A stretch of 59,167 bases of DNA, filler included. It is 4 parts of 4 records of this genome, joined end to end, with 100 filler letters (N's around TTAATTAATTAA, not from the genome) between each part and the next. Parts side by side here need not be neighbours in the genome. Positions count along the whole stretch, not along the records: positions 38,909 to 59,167 come from SRR31156797_1265; 3 more parts are not named here. The stretch is one strand, 5' to 3'. The notes beneath the pieces were generated by a model. That model searched no databases, had not been told where the DNA came from, and saw nothing but the letters and a program-made list of their open reading frames with translations. Positions 39,111-49,474 of the stretch are shown here, piece by piece. Numbering within the stretch: position 1 is the first letter of the stretch; each line of letters begins with the position of its first letter. The translations under genes were made by a program, and so were the position numbers.

Positions 39111-39998
39111 TTATTTCATCGACTCAACACCAGAGATAATCTCAATTAACTCTGTAGTAATTGCCGCTTGTCTTGCTTTATTAAATTCAACTGTTAAATC
39201 ATTTACTCTTTCTTTTGCATTATTAGTTGCATTTTCCATAGCTTGCATTCTTGCACTATGTTCTGCAGCTAATGAATCAATTAAAGAGTAATACATATTA
39301 AAGTCAACATATTTAGCAGTTAACTCATTTAAGATCTCTTCATCATCATCAGGTTCAATATCTAACATTGATGATGTTTCTTGTTCAACAGAAACATTTT
39401 CTAAACTGATTGGTAGAAGTTCTTTTACCTTAAGTTCTTGCGTTAACATATTTAAAAACCCGTTATAAACCATGATAACTTTATCAGTAGTTCCATTTGT
39501 AAAGTCTTCAAATACTTCACCTATAAAATCAGATGCTTTTTCATATGTTGGAGCTGAAGTCATACCTGCGATTTGCTGAATAAGTTCTTGACCTTGAAAA
39601 TTAAAGTAATCAATCCCTTTTCTTCCAGCTGCTCTTAGTCTAACTGTAGTTCCTTTGTCTGCATATTCTGTAATGAGGCTACGTACTTTTTTAATAGTAG
39701 TCATATTAAAACCACCACATAACCCTTTATCAGCTGTAACAAAAACGATATCAATTGTTTTTGGTGTATCGTTTTGTACAAAAGCTCGACTAACATTTTC
39801 TTCATCTTGAACTTTGCTAACTCGCGCTGCAATTTCAGATAATACATCGTTGATTTTATGAGCATAACTTTTTGCTTGTTCTGACAATTGTTGAGTACGT
39901 CGAAGTTTTGCAGAAGACACAAGCTTCATAGCTTTTGTAGTCTTCTGTGTATTCTTCACACTCTTGATTTGTCTTGATATCTCTTTTAAGTTAGCCAT
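39111..39998 (-). CDS. atpG: ATP synthase subunit gamma
   Basis: TKAMKLVS, DKGLCGGFN, ARMQAM, RQAAITTELIEI. Confidence 0.97.
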   Translation of the reverse strand: MANLKEISRQIKSVKNTQKTTKAMKLVSSAKLRRTQQLSEQAKSYAHKINDVLSEIAARVSKVQDEENVSRAFVQNDTPKTIDIVFVTADKGLCGGFNMTTIKKVRSLITEYADKGTTVRLRAAGRKGIDYFNFQGQELIQQIAGMTSAPTYEKASDFIGEVFEDFTNGTTDKVIMVYNGFLNMLTQELKVKELLPISLENVSVEQETSSMLDIEPDDDEEILNELTAKYVDFNMYYSLIDSLAAEHSARMQAMENATNNAKERVNDLTVEFNKARQAAITTELIEIISGVESMK

Positions 39999-40008
39999 AG
40001 CTTATCCC

Positions 40009-41526
40009 TTATTCTGCATTAAAAATAGTTTTAAACTCGTTTATTGCAGTTTCTAGAACCTCTTTAATATCATCATCAATTTTTTTCTTAGCATTAAGAT
40101 CTGTAATAATATTTGAGTATTTTGATTCGATGAATTCATGGAATTCTTTTTCAAACTTAACAACATCACCTGGAGCAATATCATCAATAAATCCATTAAC
40201 ACCAGCATAAAGAACTGTTTGTTGTTTTTCAATAACAAGTGGTTTATTAACACCTTGTTTAAGAAGCTCAACCATTCTTTGACCTCTCTCTAACTGCGCT
40301 CTTGTAGCAGGATCAAGATCTGATGCAAACTGTGCAAATGCTTCAAGCTCTCTATATTGAGCAAGGTCAAGTTTTAATGTACCAGCAACTTGCTTAGTAG
40401 CTTTAACTTGTGCAGCTCCCCCAACCCTAGATACTGAAAGACCTACGTTGATCGCTGGTCTAATACCAGAGTTGAATAAATCAGTTTCTAAGAAGATTTG
40501 TCCATCTGTAATAGAAATAACGTTTGTTGGAATATATGCAGCAACATCTCCAGCTTGTGTTTCAATGATTGGTAAAGCTGTTAAAGATCCAGCTCCATTT
40601 TCATCACTTAACTTCGCAGCTCTTTCAAGTAATCTTGAATGTAGATAGAAAACATCCCCTGGGTATGCCTCTCGACCTGGAGGACGTCTAAGTAATAAAG
40701 ACATCTCTCTATATGCAACTGCATGTTTAGATAAATCATCATAGATGATTAAACAGTGTTGACCGTTATCTCTATAATACTCACCCATAGTAACACCAGT
40801 ATAAGGTGCTAAGAATTGTAATGCAGAAGACTCTGATGCATTTGCAGTAACAACAGTAGTGTATTCCATTGCTCCAGCAGCTTCTAATGCTCCAACAACG
40901 TTAGCAATTGAAGACGCTTTTTGTCCAACTGCAACATAGATACATTTTACATCTTGACCTTTTTGGTTGATGATTGCATCGATTGCAACTGTAGTTTTAC
41001 CAGTTTGTCTATCACCAATGATAAGCTCTCTTTGCCCTCTTCCGATTGGAACAAGTGCATCAATAGCTTTGATACCAGTTTCAAGTGGCTCATGTACAGA
41101 TTTTCTAGCCATGATCCCTGGTGCTTTTTCTTCAACAAATCTTTTCTCAGTTGCTTCAATTTCACCTTTACCATCAACTGGCTCACCAAGAGCATTTACA
41201 ACTCTTCCAAGTGAATTTGGTCCAACTGGTACTTCAAGAAGTTCCCCAAGTCTTTTACAAGAAGTTCCTTCTCTTAATCCTGCACTTGATCCTAATACAA
41301 CGATACCAACTGAAGATTCTTCTAAGTTTGATGCAATACCTTTTGCACCGTTTTCAAACTCAACGATCTCCCCTGCCATAACGTTTTTAAGACCGTATAC
41401 TTTTGCAATCCCATCAGCAAAAGAAATAATCTTTCCTGTTTCGTTTACATCTACATTTAATTCAAAATTATCAATTCTCTCTTTGATGATTGAACTGATT
41501 TCGTCCGCTTGAATCTTAGTACTCAT
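40009..41526 (-). CDS. atpA: ATP synthase subunit alpha
   Basis: [42 protein letters not shown]. Confidence 0.98.
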   Translation of the reverse strand: MSTKIQADEISSIIKERIDNFELNVDVNETGKIISFADGIAKVYGLKNVMAGEIVEFENGAKGIASNLEESSVGIVVLGSSAGLREGTSCKRLGELLEVPVGPNSLGRVVNALGEPVDGKGEIEATEKRFVEEKAPGIMARKSVHEPLETGIKAIDALVPIGRGQRELIIGDRQTGKTTVAIDAIINQKGQDVKCIYVAVGQKASSIANVVGALEAAGAMEYTTVVTANASESSALQFLAPYTGVTMGEYYRDNGQHCLIIYDDLSKHAVAYREMSLLLRRPPGREAYPGDVFYLHSRLLERAAKLSDENGAGSLTALPIIETQAGDVAAYIPTNVISITDGQIFLETDLFNSGIRPAINVGLSVSRVGGAAQVKATKQVAGTLKLDLAQYRELEAFAQFASDLDPATRAQLERGQRMVELLKQGVNKPLVIEKQQTVLYAGVNGFIDDIAPGDVVKFEKEFHEFIESKYSNIITDLNAKKKIDDDIKEVLETAINEFKTIFNAE

Positions 41527-41548
41527 CCAATTTCTCCTTTTAAATTTT

Positions 41549-42085
41549 CTAAACTGCTTTTAATATATGTTCGATCATTTGTGATTTAAATCTCTCTTTT
41601 GAGAAAGCTATTTCACACCCAAGTCCATCTATATCTACTTTTATACCATCATATTCACATACATTTTGTTCTAATTGTAATTGAACATTAAACTTTGATG
41701 CAAATTGTGAACGTAGTTTTTCTACATCATCTCCACTTAGCTCTTTATTTGTGTAGATAATACCTGTATATGAATTGTTTAAAACCGCTAATTCATTCTC
41801 TAATTCACAAACAATATCTGGGATAATGTCTAATCTTGATTTCTCTCCAAGAAGTTTAATAAGGTTTTTAAACTCATCACTTACATTATCTGCTTCCACA
41901 AAAGATAAAACAAGTTCAACTTTTTGTGATGCATTGATATCACTTGAAGATAAAATAGCTAAGAATTTCTCATCACTATATGCTGCTGCGATTTTTTTCA
42001 GTTGTTCACTTATAGTAGTCAAGCTAGCGTTATCTCTACCTTGCATTAAAGCTTTAACATATCTTTTTGCTATTAACTCTACCAT
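41549..42085 (-). CDS. atpH: ATP synthase subunit delta
   Basis: [10 protein letters not shown]-terminus; operon position. Confidence 0.92.
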   Translation of the reverse strand: MVELIAKRYVKALMQGRDNASLTTISEQLKKIAAAYSDEKFLAILSSSDINASQKVELVLSFVEADNVSDEFKNLIKLLGEKSRLDIIPDIVCELENELAVLNNSYTGIIYTNKELSGDDVEKLRSQFASKFNVQLQLEQNVCEYDGIKVDIDGLGCEIAFSKERFKSQMIEHILKAV

Positions 42086-42606
42086 TACGCAACCTTTTTC
42101 AATACGATACTTGTTAATTCTTCTTGAGATAAAGTGATCTTATCACCACTTAATAACTCATTAAGAACCTCTTCAACAACCTCTTTTTTCAGTTTCTTCA
42201 TTTGAAGAGCTGTTTTATCATCAAAACTTTTTGTTAAATAAGCAACTTCTTGTTCAACACTCGCTTCGATTTTAGATTTGATTGTTTCAATATCATTTTT
42301 TGCAGAGCTTACAAGTTCATTTGCGATTTTTTGAGCTTCTTCAACCTCTTTTTTCGCATCTGCAACTTTCTTTTCTGATTCTTTTACCATCTCTTGAACT
42401 TTGTTAAGTTCAGTCTGGATACCTTCAGTTCTTCCTTGAAAGAAAGTCTTTAACTTATCAGCTAATAGGTAATAAATAATTGCTGCAAAGATCAGAAAGT
42501 TTACTGTTCTTTCAACAATATCATAATTTGTCTCTCCATGAGCATCAGCTCCGAAAAGTGCTAATGGTGCCATAACCAATAAAAAAGTAATTATTCTTTT
42601 AATCAT
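42085..42606 (-). CDS. atpF: ATP synthase F0 subunit b
   Basis: DIVERTVNFLIFAAIIYYL TM + coiled coil. Confidence 0.9.
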   Translation of the reverse strand: MIKRIITFLLVMAPLALFGADAHGETNYDIVERTVNFLIFAAIIYYLLADKLKTFFQGRTEGIQTELNKVQEMVKESEKKVADAKKEVEEAQKIANELVSSAKNDIETIKSKIEASVEQEVAYLTKSFDDKTALQMKKLKKEVVEEVLNELLSGDKITLSQEELTSIVLKKVA

Positions 42607-42617
42607 TCAAACCACCT

Positions 42618-43040
42618 TTATATTGAGCTAAGTTTAGCTTTAATACCATCTTGGTATAAAGGCATATTTGCCACAAGAGAATTTTTAAGAGCAACTTTTT
42701 CCCCATCTAGCTCTTTGAGGAAATCATCATATTTTTGATCCATTGTAGCTTTAACCTGAGCAAGTTTTGCTTCGGCAACTTCAGTAGCTTCTAATCTAGC
42801 TTTTTCACGAATTGAGTTTGCTTCTTTCTTAGCATCAGCAATTATTTTATTCGCTTCATCAAGCATGCTATTTACTTCACTGGTATTACCTTTTGCATTT
42901 TCAAGATCGGTTTTAATTTGATTATCACGATCATCCATATGCTTAAGTAAAGGCCGGTAAAGACAGCTGTTGAGGCGAGCAAGTACCAATAAAAAGACTA
43001 AAGCAGAACCCACTAGTAATACTGGACTTATGTCTAACAT
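42618..43040 (-). CDS. ATP synthase F0 subunit b'
   Basis: TM + LYRPLLKHMDDR + coiled coil. Confidence 0.9.
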   Translation of the reverse strand: MLDISPVLLVGSALVFLLVLARLNSCLYRPLLKHMDDRDNQIKTDLENAKGNTSEVNSMLDEANKIIADAKKEANSIREKARLEATEVAEAKLAQVKATMDQKYDDFLKELDGEKVALKNSLVANMPLYQDGIKAKLSSI

Positions 43041-43137
43041 CTACTTCTCCATACTTTTTCTACAGTTTAGTTACACTAAAACTGCGCAAATAGTATCGAA
43101 AAAAACCTATGATTTTTATTAAATGATATTATGATTT

Positions 43138-43989
43138 TTATAGATTTTGAAAATATTGTAAGATTTTTTCAACATCTTCTTGAGAGCTAATTTTGATCTT
43201 AAAGTGCTGTTTATCTAGTTTTACCTCAAGATCATGTTCTTTGAGTTTTGATTCTAGCTCTTTTAGAGGCTTGTAATCAATCTGTAACTTTTCTTTCTCT
43301 TTTTTTACGCTTTGAGATGGTTCTGTTTTAAGTTTTTTGATAAGTTCCTCAGTTTGTCTTACACTTAACTTTTGTCCAATAATAGAATCTACCACTAGTT
43401 TTTGCATCTCACTATCAAGTCCAATGATAACTTTTGCATGCCCTACACTAATTTTATCATTTCCAAGCATTGTTTGTGCATATTCACTAAGAGTCAATAG
43501 TCTTAAGGTATTTGAGATACTACTTCTACTTTTTGATACAAGTTTAGCTAACTCTTCATGAGTGATATCATAATCTTTGATCAGCCCTGAGTAAGAATGT
43601 GCCACTTCAATGATATTAAGATCATCTCTTTGGATATTTTCTATTAAAGCAAGTTCTCTTAGTTTATCATTATCGATATCTAAAATAACTGCTTTTATCA
43701 TAGTAATACTAGCTAGTTTTGTAGCTCGAAGACGTCTTTCTCCTGCAATAAGAGTATATCTATCCTCATTTTGTGTTACAACGATTGGTTGCATTAAACC
43801 ATTTGTAACAATAGAATCACTTAGTTCTTGAAGTTTCTCTTCATTAAAAACTTTTCTAGGCTGATATGGATTTGGATCAATTAAATTTACATCTATCTCT
43901 AATAGATCTTTTTTAGAGACTGTATTATTACTTCCGTAAGCTGTTTCAACTTCTCCTAATAATTCCCCTAATCCTCTCCCTAGTGCCAT
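43138..43989 (-). CDS. parB: Chromosome partitioning protein ParB
   Basis: ALGRGLG, PNPYQPRK, LIAGERRLRA, LIENIQRDDL, HTH. Confidence 0.96.
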   Translation of the reverse strand: MALGRGLGELLGEVETAYGSNNTVSKKDLLEIDVNLIDPNPYQPRKVFNEEKLQELSDSIVTNGLMQPIVVTQNEDRYTLIAGERRLRATKLASITMIKAVILDIDNDKLRELALIENIQRDDLNIIEVAHSYSGLIKDYDITHEELAKLVSKSRSSISNTLRLLTLSEYAQTMLGNDKISVGHAKVIIGLDSEMQKLVVDSIIGQKLSVRQTEELIKKLKTEPSQSVKKEKEKLQIDYKPLKELESKLKEHDLEVKLDKQHFKIKISSQEDVEKILQYFQNL

Positions 43990-43999
43990 TGAATTTTCC

Positions 44000-44779
44000 T
44001 TATTGTAAAATTGATTTAGCTAAGTTGTTATATGCTTTTGTTCCAGCTGATTTTGGATCATATAACATGATTGGTTTTCCAAAACTTGGAGATTCTGCAA
44101 GTTTGATATTTCTTGGAACAACAACATATGAAGAATCATTTAATGTAAAAAGTTTATTTTCAAAATGTTTTGCTAAATCTGCAAAAACCTGTTTTGAAAG
44201 ATTATTTTGAGCACTATACATTGTAGGTAAGAAACCTTTGATATCTAAACTTCTATTGATCGTTTGACGAATCAGTTTAATAGTATTTAAAAGCTGAGCA
44301 AGTCCTTCTAGTGCAAAGAATTCACATTGAATAGGAATAAGAACTGAGGTAGCAGCACTTAAAGTATTAATAGTAAGTGGACCTAATGCAGGAGGTGAAT
44401 CGATCACAATATAATCATAGTCTGCTTTAATAGGATCGATCTTTCTTTTTAGAACAAGTTCTCTATCTTTTGTATTTTTATAAAACTCTTTTTCAATTCC
44501 TACTAGACCAATATTTGAAGGAGCTACGTAAAGTCCTTCTATATCTTCCACGTCTAAAATAATATCATTGATCTCTTTTGTACCTAACATCACATGATAT
44601 AAATTGTATTCATAAGTGTCCCTATGAAAACCTAAACTTGTTGTCGCATTTGATTGTGGGTCTGCATCGATTAAAAGTACACGCTTACCTTCTAAAGCAA
44701 GGGCTGCACTTAGATTCACAGCGGTTGTTGTCTTTCCAACACCACCTTTTTGATTTGCAATGGTTATAACTTCTGTCAT
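44000..44779 (-). CDS. parA: Chromosome partitioning ATPase ParA/Soj
   Basis: NQKGGVGKTTT, DADPQ, IDSPP, QCEFFALEG, LAESPSFG. Confidence 0.96.
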   Translation of the reverse strand: MTEVITIANQKGGVGKTTTAVNLSAALALEGKRVLLIDADPQSNATTSLGFHRDTYEYNLYHVMLGTKEINDIILDVEDIEGLYVAPSNIGLVGIEKEFYKNTKDRELVLKRKIDPIKADYDYIVIDSPPALGPLTINTLSAATSVLIPIQCEFFALEGLAQLLNTIKLIRQTINRSLDIKGFLPTMYSAQNNLSKQVFADLAKHFENKLFTLNDSSYVVVPRNIKLAESPSFGKPIMLYDPKSAGTKAYNNLAKSILQ

Positions 44780-45411
44780 CTTAAACTAAATACCTTTTCA
44801 TCGTTTATACTAATAGAACCATCATCGTTTAAGATGGCATTTTTGAGTGATACTTTTTTATTGTTGATTGTGGTTTTAAAATCTCTACTTTTTGTGAATT
44901 CTAACAAATATTTACTAAAAATATGCTTCCAAGATTTTTTTTGCTTTAGAAGAGAAAAATATTTTTGTAATAAAAGATTTGAATCGATCTGTATATCTAA
45001 ACTTCCATAGAGTTTATCCACGTTTTCTAAATTGATCCCTATTCCACAATAGATCAATTTTCCACTTAAATTTGTAATAGTACCACCAAACTTTTTCTCT
45101 CCTATATAAAAATCATTGGGCCACTTTAACCAAAGGTTTGAACCAAACTCTTCAAGAAGCATTTTTAAAAGAAAACTAAAATAGATCGAATAGGATTGAA
45201 GAGGAATATCATCTGCTAATTGATCTTTATGATACACAAACGAGAAAAAAAGATTTCCCTCTTTCCCCTCCCAACTATTATTTCTACTTCCTATACCATT
45301 GGTTTGATTATGAGTAACGATACATAGTGGCTCTGTATAACTATTTTGTTTGATATACTCTTTTAAATAAGTATGAGTAGAATCAACACTTTTAAGAGAA
45401 ATTATCTCCAA
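44776..45411 (-). CDS. birA: Biotin--[acetyl-CoA-carboxylase] ligase
   Basis: VDST, QTNGIGSRNNSW, LKWPND, K.GG, GIGIN. Confidence 0.93.
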   Translation of the reverse strand: MEIISLKSVDSTHTYLKEYIKQNSYTEPLCIVTHNQTNGIGSRNNSWEGKEGNLFFSFVYHKDQLADDIPLQSYSIYFSFLLKMLLEEFGSNLWLKWPNDFYIGEKKFGGTITNLSGKLIYCGIGINLENVDKLYGSLDIQIDSNLLLQKYFSLLKQKKSWKHIFSKYLLEFTKSRDFKTTINNKKVSLKNAILNDDGSISINDEKVFSLR

Positions 45412-46309
45412 GTTCTTTCCTTACACCTCTTAGATAATCCCCTACATTCATCTGTTTTTTTGACTGTGGCTGAACAGAAAATATCTTGATACTCCCTTTT
45501 TTACACCCAACTATTACATACTCTTTTGTGATCTCTAGAATTTTTCCCTCTTCATTATATGAATCTGCTTCTACTAATTCACACTCTTTTATTTTAAGAC
45601 CTGAACTTAAATAGATATCTGGCCATGACTTATAAGCTCTATATTTATTATAAAGCTCCTTTGCCTCGCTAAAATCAACTAAGCCATCACTTTTTTTCAC
45701 TTTTCCACAATGACTCACAAGTGAGAGGTTTTGCTTTTTAGGCTCTATCGAATCAAATGTTTCTAAAGTCTCAATAGTAAGAGTTGCAGCTATTTTTGAA
45801 AGCTTATCAAAAAGCTCACTTACTACCATCTCTTTTGGTATCTTAAAATATTTAAGCCCTAAAATATCTCCACTATCAAGTCCCACATCCATAAGCATAG
45901 AGGTTACCCCTGTATATTCATCATTATTTAAAAGAGACTGTTGGATTGGGCTAGCTCCTCTGTATGATGGAAGAAGGGAAGCATGAAGATTGATACATGG
46001 TGCTATATCTAATACACTTTTTGGAAGTATCTGTCCATACGCAGCTACTATAATAATATCGGGATTATATCCATTGATCTCTTCTACTACCGTTTCATCT
46101 TTTAAAGTTGTGGGTTGATGGATTGGAAAACTATATCCATTTTCTAAACAATATTGTTTAATATGAGGAGGAGTCAAGACCTGTTTTCTCCCCACTGGTT
46201 TATCAGGCTGAGTATAAAGTGCAACAATATTATAATTGTGTTCTAGAAGTTTATCTAAAATGATCGTCGCATAATCTGGCGTTCCCATAAATATGATTCT
46301 TTTATTCAA
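45392..46309 (-). CDS. fmt: Methionyl-tRNA formyltransferase
   Basis: FMGTPDYA, TQPDKPVGR, VAAYGQILP, INLHASLLP.YRGASPI; TTG start. Confidence 0.96.
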   Translation of the reverse strand: MNKRIIFMGTPDYATIILDKLLEHNYNIVALYTQPDKPVGRKQVLTPPHIKQYCLENGYSFPIHQPTTLKDETVVEEINGYNPDIIIVAAYGQILPKSVLDIAPCINLHASLLPSYRGASPIQQSLLNNDEYTGVTSMLMDVGLDSGDILGLKYFKIPKEMVVSELFDKLSKIAATLTIETLETFDSIEPKKQNLSLVSHCGKVKKSDGLVDFSEAKELYNKYRAYKSWPDIYLSSGLKIKECELVEADSYNEEGKILEITKEYVIVGCKKGSIKIFSVQPQSKKQMNVGDYLRGVRKELGDNFS

Positions 46310-46398
46310 AAATTTCCTTTATTTAGTTAAAGCTTGTAGATTTTTTGAATTATAGTGAAGTTTAACTTTATGACTACTTCTTTATAATAGTTTAAAAA

Positions 46399-47703
46399 TC
46401 ACATATCCTCTAAAGAATATCCATTATATTCACATTGATAGCCTTTTAACTCTTTTTCTAGTTTTATAGCTTTTTGTTTTAAAAGTTCCGTATCAATCTT
46501 CTTAGAATTTATTTTTACTTCTACTATCAAAGCTTTTTTATCAAATTCATTTATTGCTACGATATCTATCTCATTAAGATTTTTCTTCTCCCAATATGTC
46601 CCAATATTTGAATAGGCATTTGAAAGCTTTAATTTTTCAATAAAATATTTTTCTAAAAACTTCCCACTATATACACTAAAATCTCTTTTAACGATCTCTT
46701 TTACAAACTCATAATTTTCTATCTCTATAGCACTTCTATACTTATAAATAAAGCGGAACCAAAAGTTAAAATAGTTATCTATGATCTCATATTTTAAAGT
46801 TCTACTTCCCTCTTTTGAAAAGATAGGTTTTACTTTTTTTATAAGTGTATAATCTTTTTCAAGTTTTTCAAGATATCCGCCGATATTTCGCTCTAACACA
46901 CTTTCTATCTCACTTCTTGAAGTTTTTGAACTAGCAATCAGTGAAAGTATAGAGAAATAAGTTGTATACTCTTTTCCAAACTCTTCTATAAGAAGATTTT
47001 TTCCCTCTTCTAAAAATAATGAGAAATCATCAAAGATCACATCAAGCTGTTTTTCAAAAGTAAAAGCACCTTTTTCTACAAATATCTCCACATACTTAGC
47101 AACTCCACCTGTTAAAATATAAAAAGCTAAGAGATCACTATTTTTATATGCTGGATAGTTTTCTTCTAAAATCTCTTTTAACGTCTCTACACTAAAGCTT
47201 TTTAAATGTATTTTATTATTGGCTCTTCCAAAAAGCGGTTCTTTTTTATCCTCAAAGATCTTCTTCATCAAAGAATATATCGAACCGCTTAATACAAGAT
47301 TCATCTTTGATCTATCTTTATATTCATCCCAAATATTTTGCATATCACTATAGATACTACTATTGATCTGTAAAAACTCTTGAAATTCATCTATGATAAG
47401 TGTAAATGGTGTAGTGATAGCTACTTGCATAAGATACTCAAAAAGGTTTTTAAAACTTTTAAATTCACCTAATATCTTTATATCAAGACTACTTTGAACT
47501 ATATCGATAAACTCACCACAAAGTAAGGCTTCATCTTTTTTAGAAACAAATAAATATACTTTATCTTTATACGCTTCTTTGATAAGCTTTGTCTTTCCTA
47601 TACGTCTTCTTCCAACTATTACTGTCATCTTTGATGAGTTTAAAGAAGAAGTTTGAATATCTCTTAAGTTTTGTAGTTCTTTTTCTCTATTATAAAATTT
47701 CAT
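46399..47703 (-). CDS. Archaeal-type P-loop ATPase with C-terminal DUF234/PD-(D/E)XK-like domain
   Basis: FYNREKEL, GRRRIGKT, IIDEFQ, FWFRF, EIDIV...EVK. Confidence 0.87.
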   Translation of the reverse strand: MKFYNREKELQNLRDIQTSSLNSSKMTVIVGRRRIGKTKLIKEAYKDKVYLFVSKKDEALLCGEFIDIVQSSLDIKILGEFKSFKNLFEYLMQVAITTPFTLIIDEFQEFLQINSSIYSDMQNIWDEYKDRSKMNLVLSGSIYSLMKKIFEDKKEPLFGRANNKIHLKSFSVETLKEILEENYPAYKNSDLLAFYILTGGVAKYVEIFVEKGAFTFEKQLDVIFDDFSLFLEEGKNLLIEEFGKEYTTYFSILSLIASSKTSRSEIESVLERNIGGYLEKLEKDYTLIKKVKPIFSKEGSRTLKYEIIDNYFNFWFRFIYKYRSAIEIENYEFVKEIVKRDFSVYSGKFLEKYFIEKLKLSNAYSNIGTYWEKKNLNEIDIVAINEFDKKALIVEVKINSKKIDTELLKQKAIKLEKELKGYQCEYNGYSLEDM

Positions 47704-47711
47704 ATTTTCTC

Positions 47712-47752
47712 TTTATAGTAATATATATTACTGTAATGTATATTACTATAAA
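47712..47752. promoter_or_regulatory. Tandem palindromes immediately upstream of the ATPase start
   Basis: GTAATATATATTAC (47718-47731), T, GTAATGTATATTAC (47733-47746), flanked by TTTATA/TATAAA. Confidence 0.6.
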
Positions 47753-47770
47753 TTTATTTGGATGTCAAAT

Positions 47771-48095
47771 TTATTTATTTTTAACTAAAGTTATAAACTC
47801 TTTATCAGGATATAAAGATTTAGCAAAAGATACAAACTTCTCTTCCATAATCTCTATTTCACTATATGTATTATCTACATATTCATACATATTATTGGTT
47901 CCAAATACCAATCCATTAATTTTATTTATATCCATCTCATTTTTTAACTCTTCTGTTGTTAAAGGTCTTTCATCAATACCTTTATGTTGTTAATATAGTT
48001 ATAATATGGATTAAAGAAAATATTTCCATTGTTGATATATCTCCTAAAGATATAAAGTAAATAACAAAGATAGCTAAAATACTAATCCATATCAT
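47771..48095 (-). pseudogene. Possible degraded small membrane-anchored gene
   Basis: ATG at 48095 with AGGA RBS gives MIWISILAIFVIYFISLG; a start-less open frame QHKGIDERPLTTEELK...EFITLVKNK ends at 47771. Confidence 0.35.
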
Positions 48096-48245
48096 ATATA
48101 ATCCTATTTAATCTTTTAAAATATTATACATAAATTGAATCATTCACATCACTTTTAATATTTGTAATCTCTAGATCAATATCTTCACTAAAAAAATAAA
48201 TAAAAGATGTAAAAAGGGGTAAATAGTATTTTCATTGACTATCTT

Positions 48246-48989
48246 TTAACAAAACAACTCATACTCTACATCATCTCTTGTGATTAAATTCTGTGAAGTA
48301 TCTATTTTAAAACCACTATTATTTAAAGCGGTTTGTACGATCTTTTTATTATAAGGATGCACATTTTCACAGGATAAAAATGTTTCAACTTCAAGCCATC
48401 TTGCTTCTATGATCTCATCAACATCTTGGATATTGATCTCAGTACTTAAAGCTTCTGCTTTACAGATCACATAAAGGTTTGATTCATTGAATTGGCCTGG
48501 AGTAAAATGCCCTAAAGATACTATAGAATCAAACTCTACTTTTACTCCTGTTTCTTCTAAAACCTCTCGTAAAAGTGCTGTTGAGATATTTTCTCTATCA
48601 TCTATATGACCGCCAGGGAGTTTATACTTTTGCCAAATCTTATCTTTGACCACTAAAAGTTTATTTTCATATACCACAACTGCTCCTACTCCTAGCGTAT
48701 GATTAGTAGCTGTTGGGATCACTGGGTCTTCAATCAATCTTTTAAAAAGAGTAAGATCCCTTTCATTACAATGGTGAAAGACAAACTCATATCGAGTTAA
48801 AAGTGGGATATATTTTGAATCTTCGATTTGTAGTTTTATCCAAAGCAGTTTTTTATTTTGAAGATGGTTGATAAGATATACAAGTTCCTCTTCAAACTCT
48901 TCTAAGCTTTTTGGGATATTTGTACTATCTATAGTTACACCATCGTATTTATCATTGATAAGGTTTAAGCTTCTAAAGGTCTCTGTCAT
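48246..48989 (-). CDS. Nudix hydrolase, NUDT6/plant NUDT2-like with N-terminal domain
   Basis: Intact box GHIDDRENISTALLREVLEETGV; N-terminal WIKL...FVFHH...P.ATNHTLGVGAVV. Confidence 0.88.
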   Translation of the reverse strand: MTETFRSLNLINDKYDGVTIDSTNIPKSLEEFEEELVYLINHLQNKKLLWIKLQIEDSKYIPLLTRYEFVFHHCNERDLTLFKRLIEDPVIPTATNHTLGVGAVVVYENKLLVVKDKIWQKYKLPGGHIDDRENISTALLREVLEETGVKVEFDSIVSLGHFTPGQFNESNLYVICKAEALSTEINIQDVDEIIEARWLEVETFLSCENVHPYNKKIVQTALNNSGFKIDTSQNLITRDDVEYELFC

Positions 48990-49231
48990 TTATAACTCTT
49001 TTGTCTATGTAGTATCCTACCTATAATTATAGTATCATCTATTACATCAAAAAGTATTCTATAGTTTCCAACTCTTAAACGATAAGCAGGTTCAAAATTT
49101 GTAAGTTTTTTTATATGTTGCAAATCTGGGAAGTTTTTTAGTTCAAGGATTTTATTATAAAGTTGTTCTTTATATGGCTCAGATAAAGATCGTAAATCTT
49201 TGATTGCACTTTTTCTAAGTTCTATCTTCAT
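48986..49231 (-). CDS. RelE/ParE-family toxin
   Basis: SAIKDL, IKKL, YRLRVGNYRILF, ILHRQKSY. Confidence 0.9.
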   Translation of the reverse strand: MKIELRKSAIKDLRSLSEPYKEQLYNKILELKNFPDLQHIKKLTNFEPAYRLRVGNYRILFDVIDDTIIIGRILHRQKSYK

Positions 49232-49409
49232 TATTTAAATATTCATCAAAAGATATAGTTTCTTCATCTCTTGTAGCTTTTAATAGTTTTAGATCTTCTA
49301 AGTCCTCTTTTTCAACTATCTCTAAACCATCATTTTGAAAATGCTCTAACATCCATAAAACTTTTTCTGTTAAAGTCTCATTTTGAATATTTATAGTAAG
49401 TGTTTGCAT
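49215..49409 (-). CDS. Putative antitoxin
   Basis: 64 aa acidic protein overlapping the toxin start; C-terminal ETISFDEY; AAGGAG RBS and TATAAT upstream. Confidence 0.75.
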   Translation of the reverse strand: MQTLTINIQNETLTEKVLWMLEHFQNDGLEIVEKEDLEDLKLLKATRDEETISFDEYLNNEDRT

Positions 49410-49474
49410 AAATACTCCTTTTATATTTGATGATTATAACTAAATGAAGATATAACTCTTCTTGAAAATAAAAT

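Noticed and set aside
43041-44779. parS site near parAB
   Set aside because: No TGTTTCACGTGAAACA-like palindrome seen by eye
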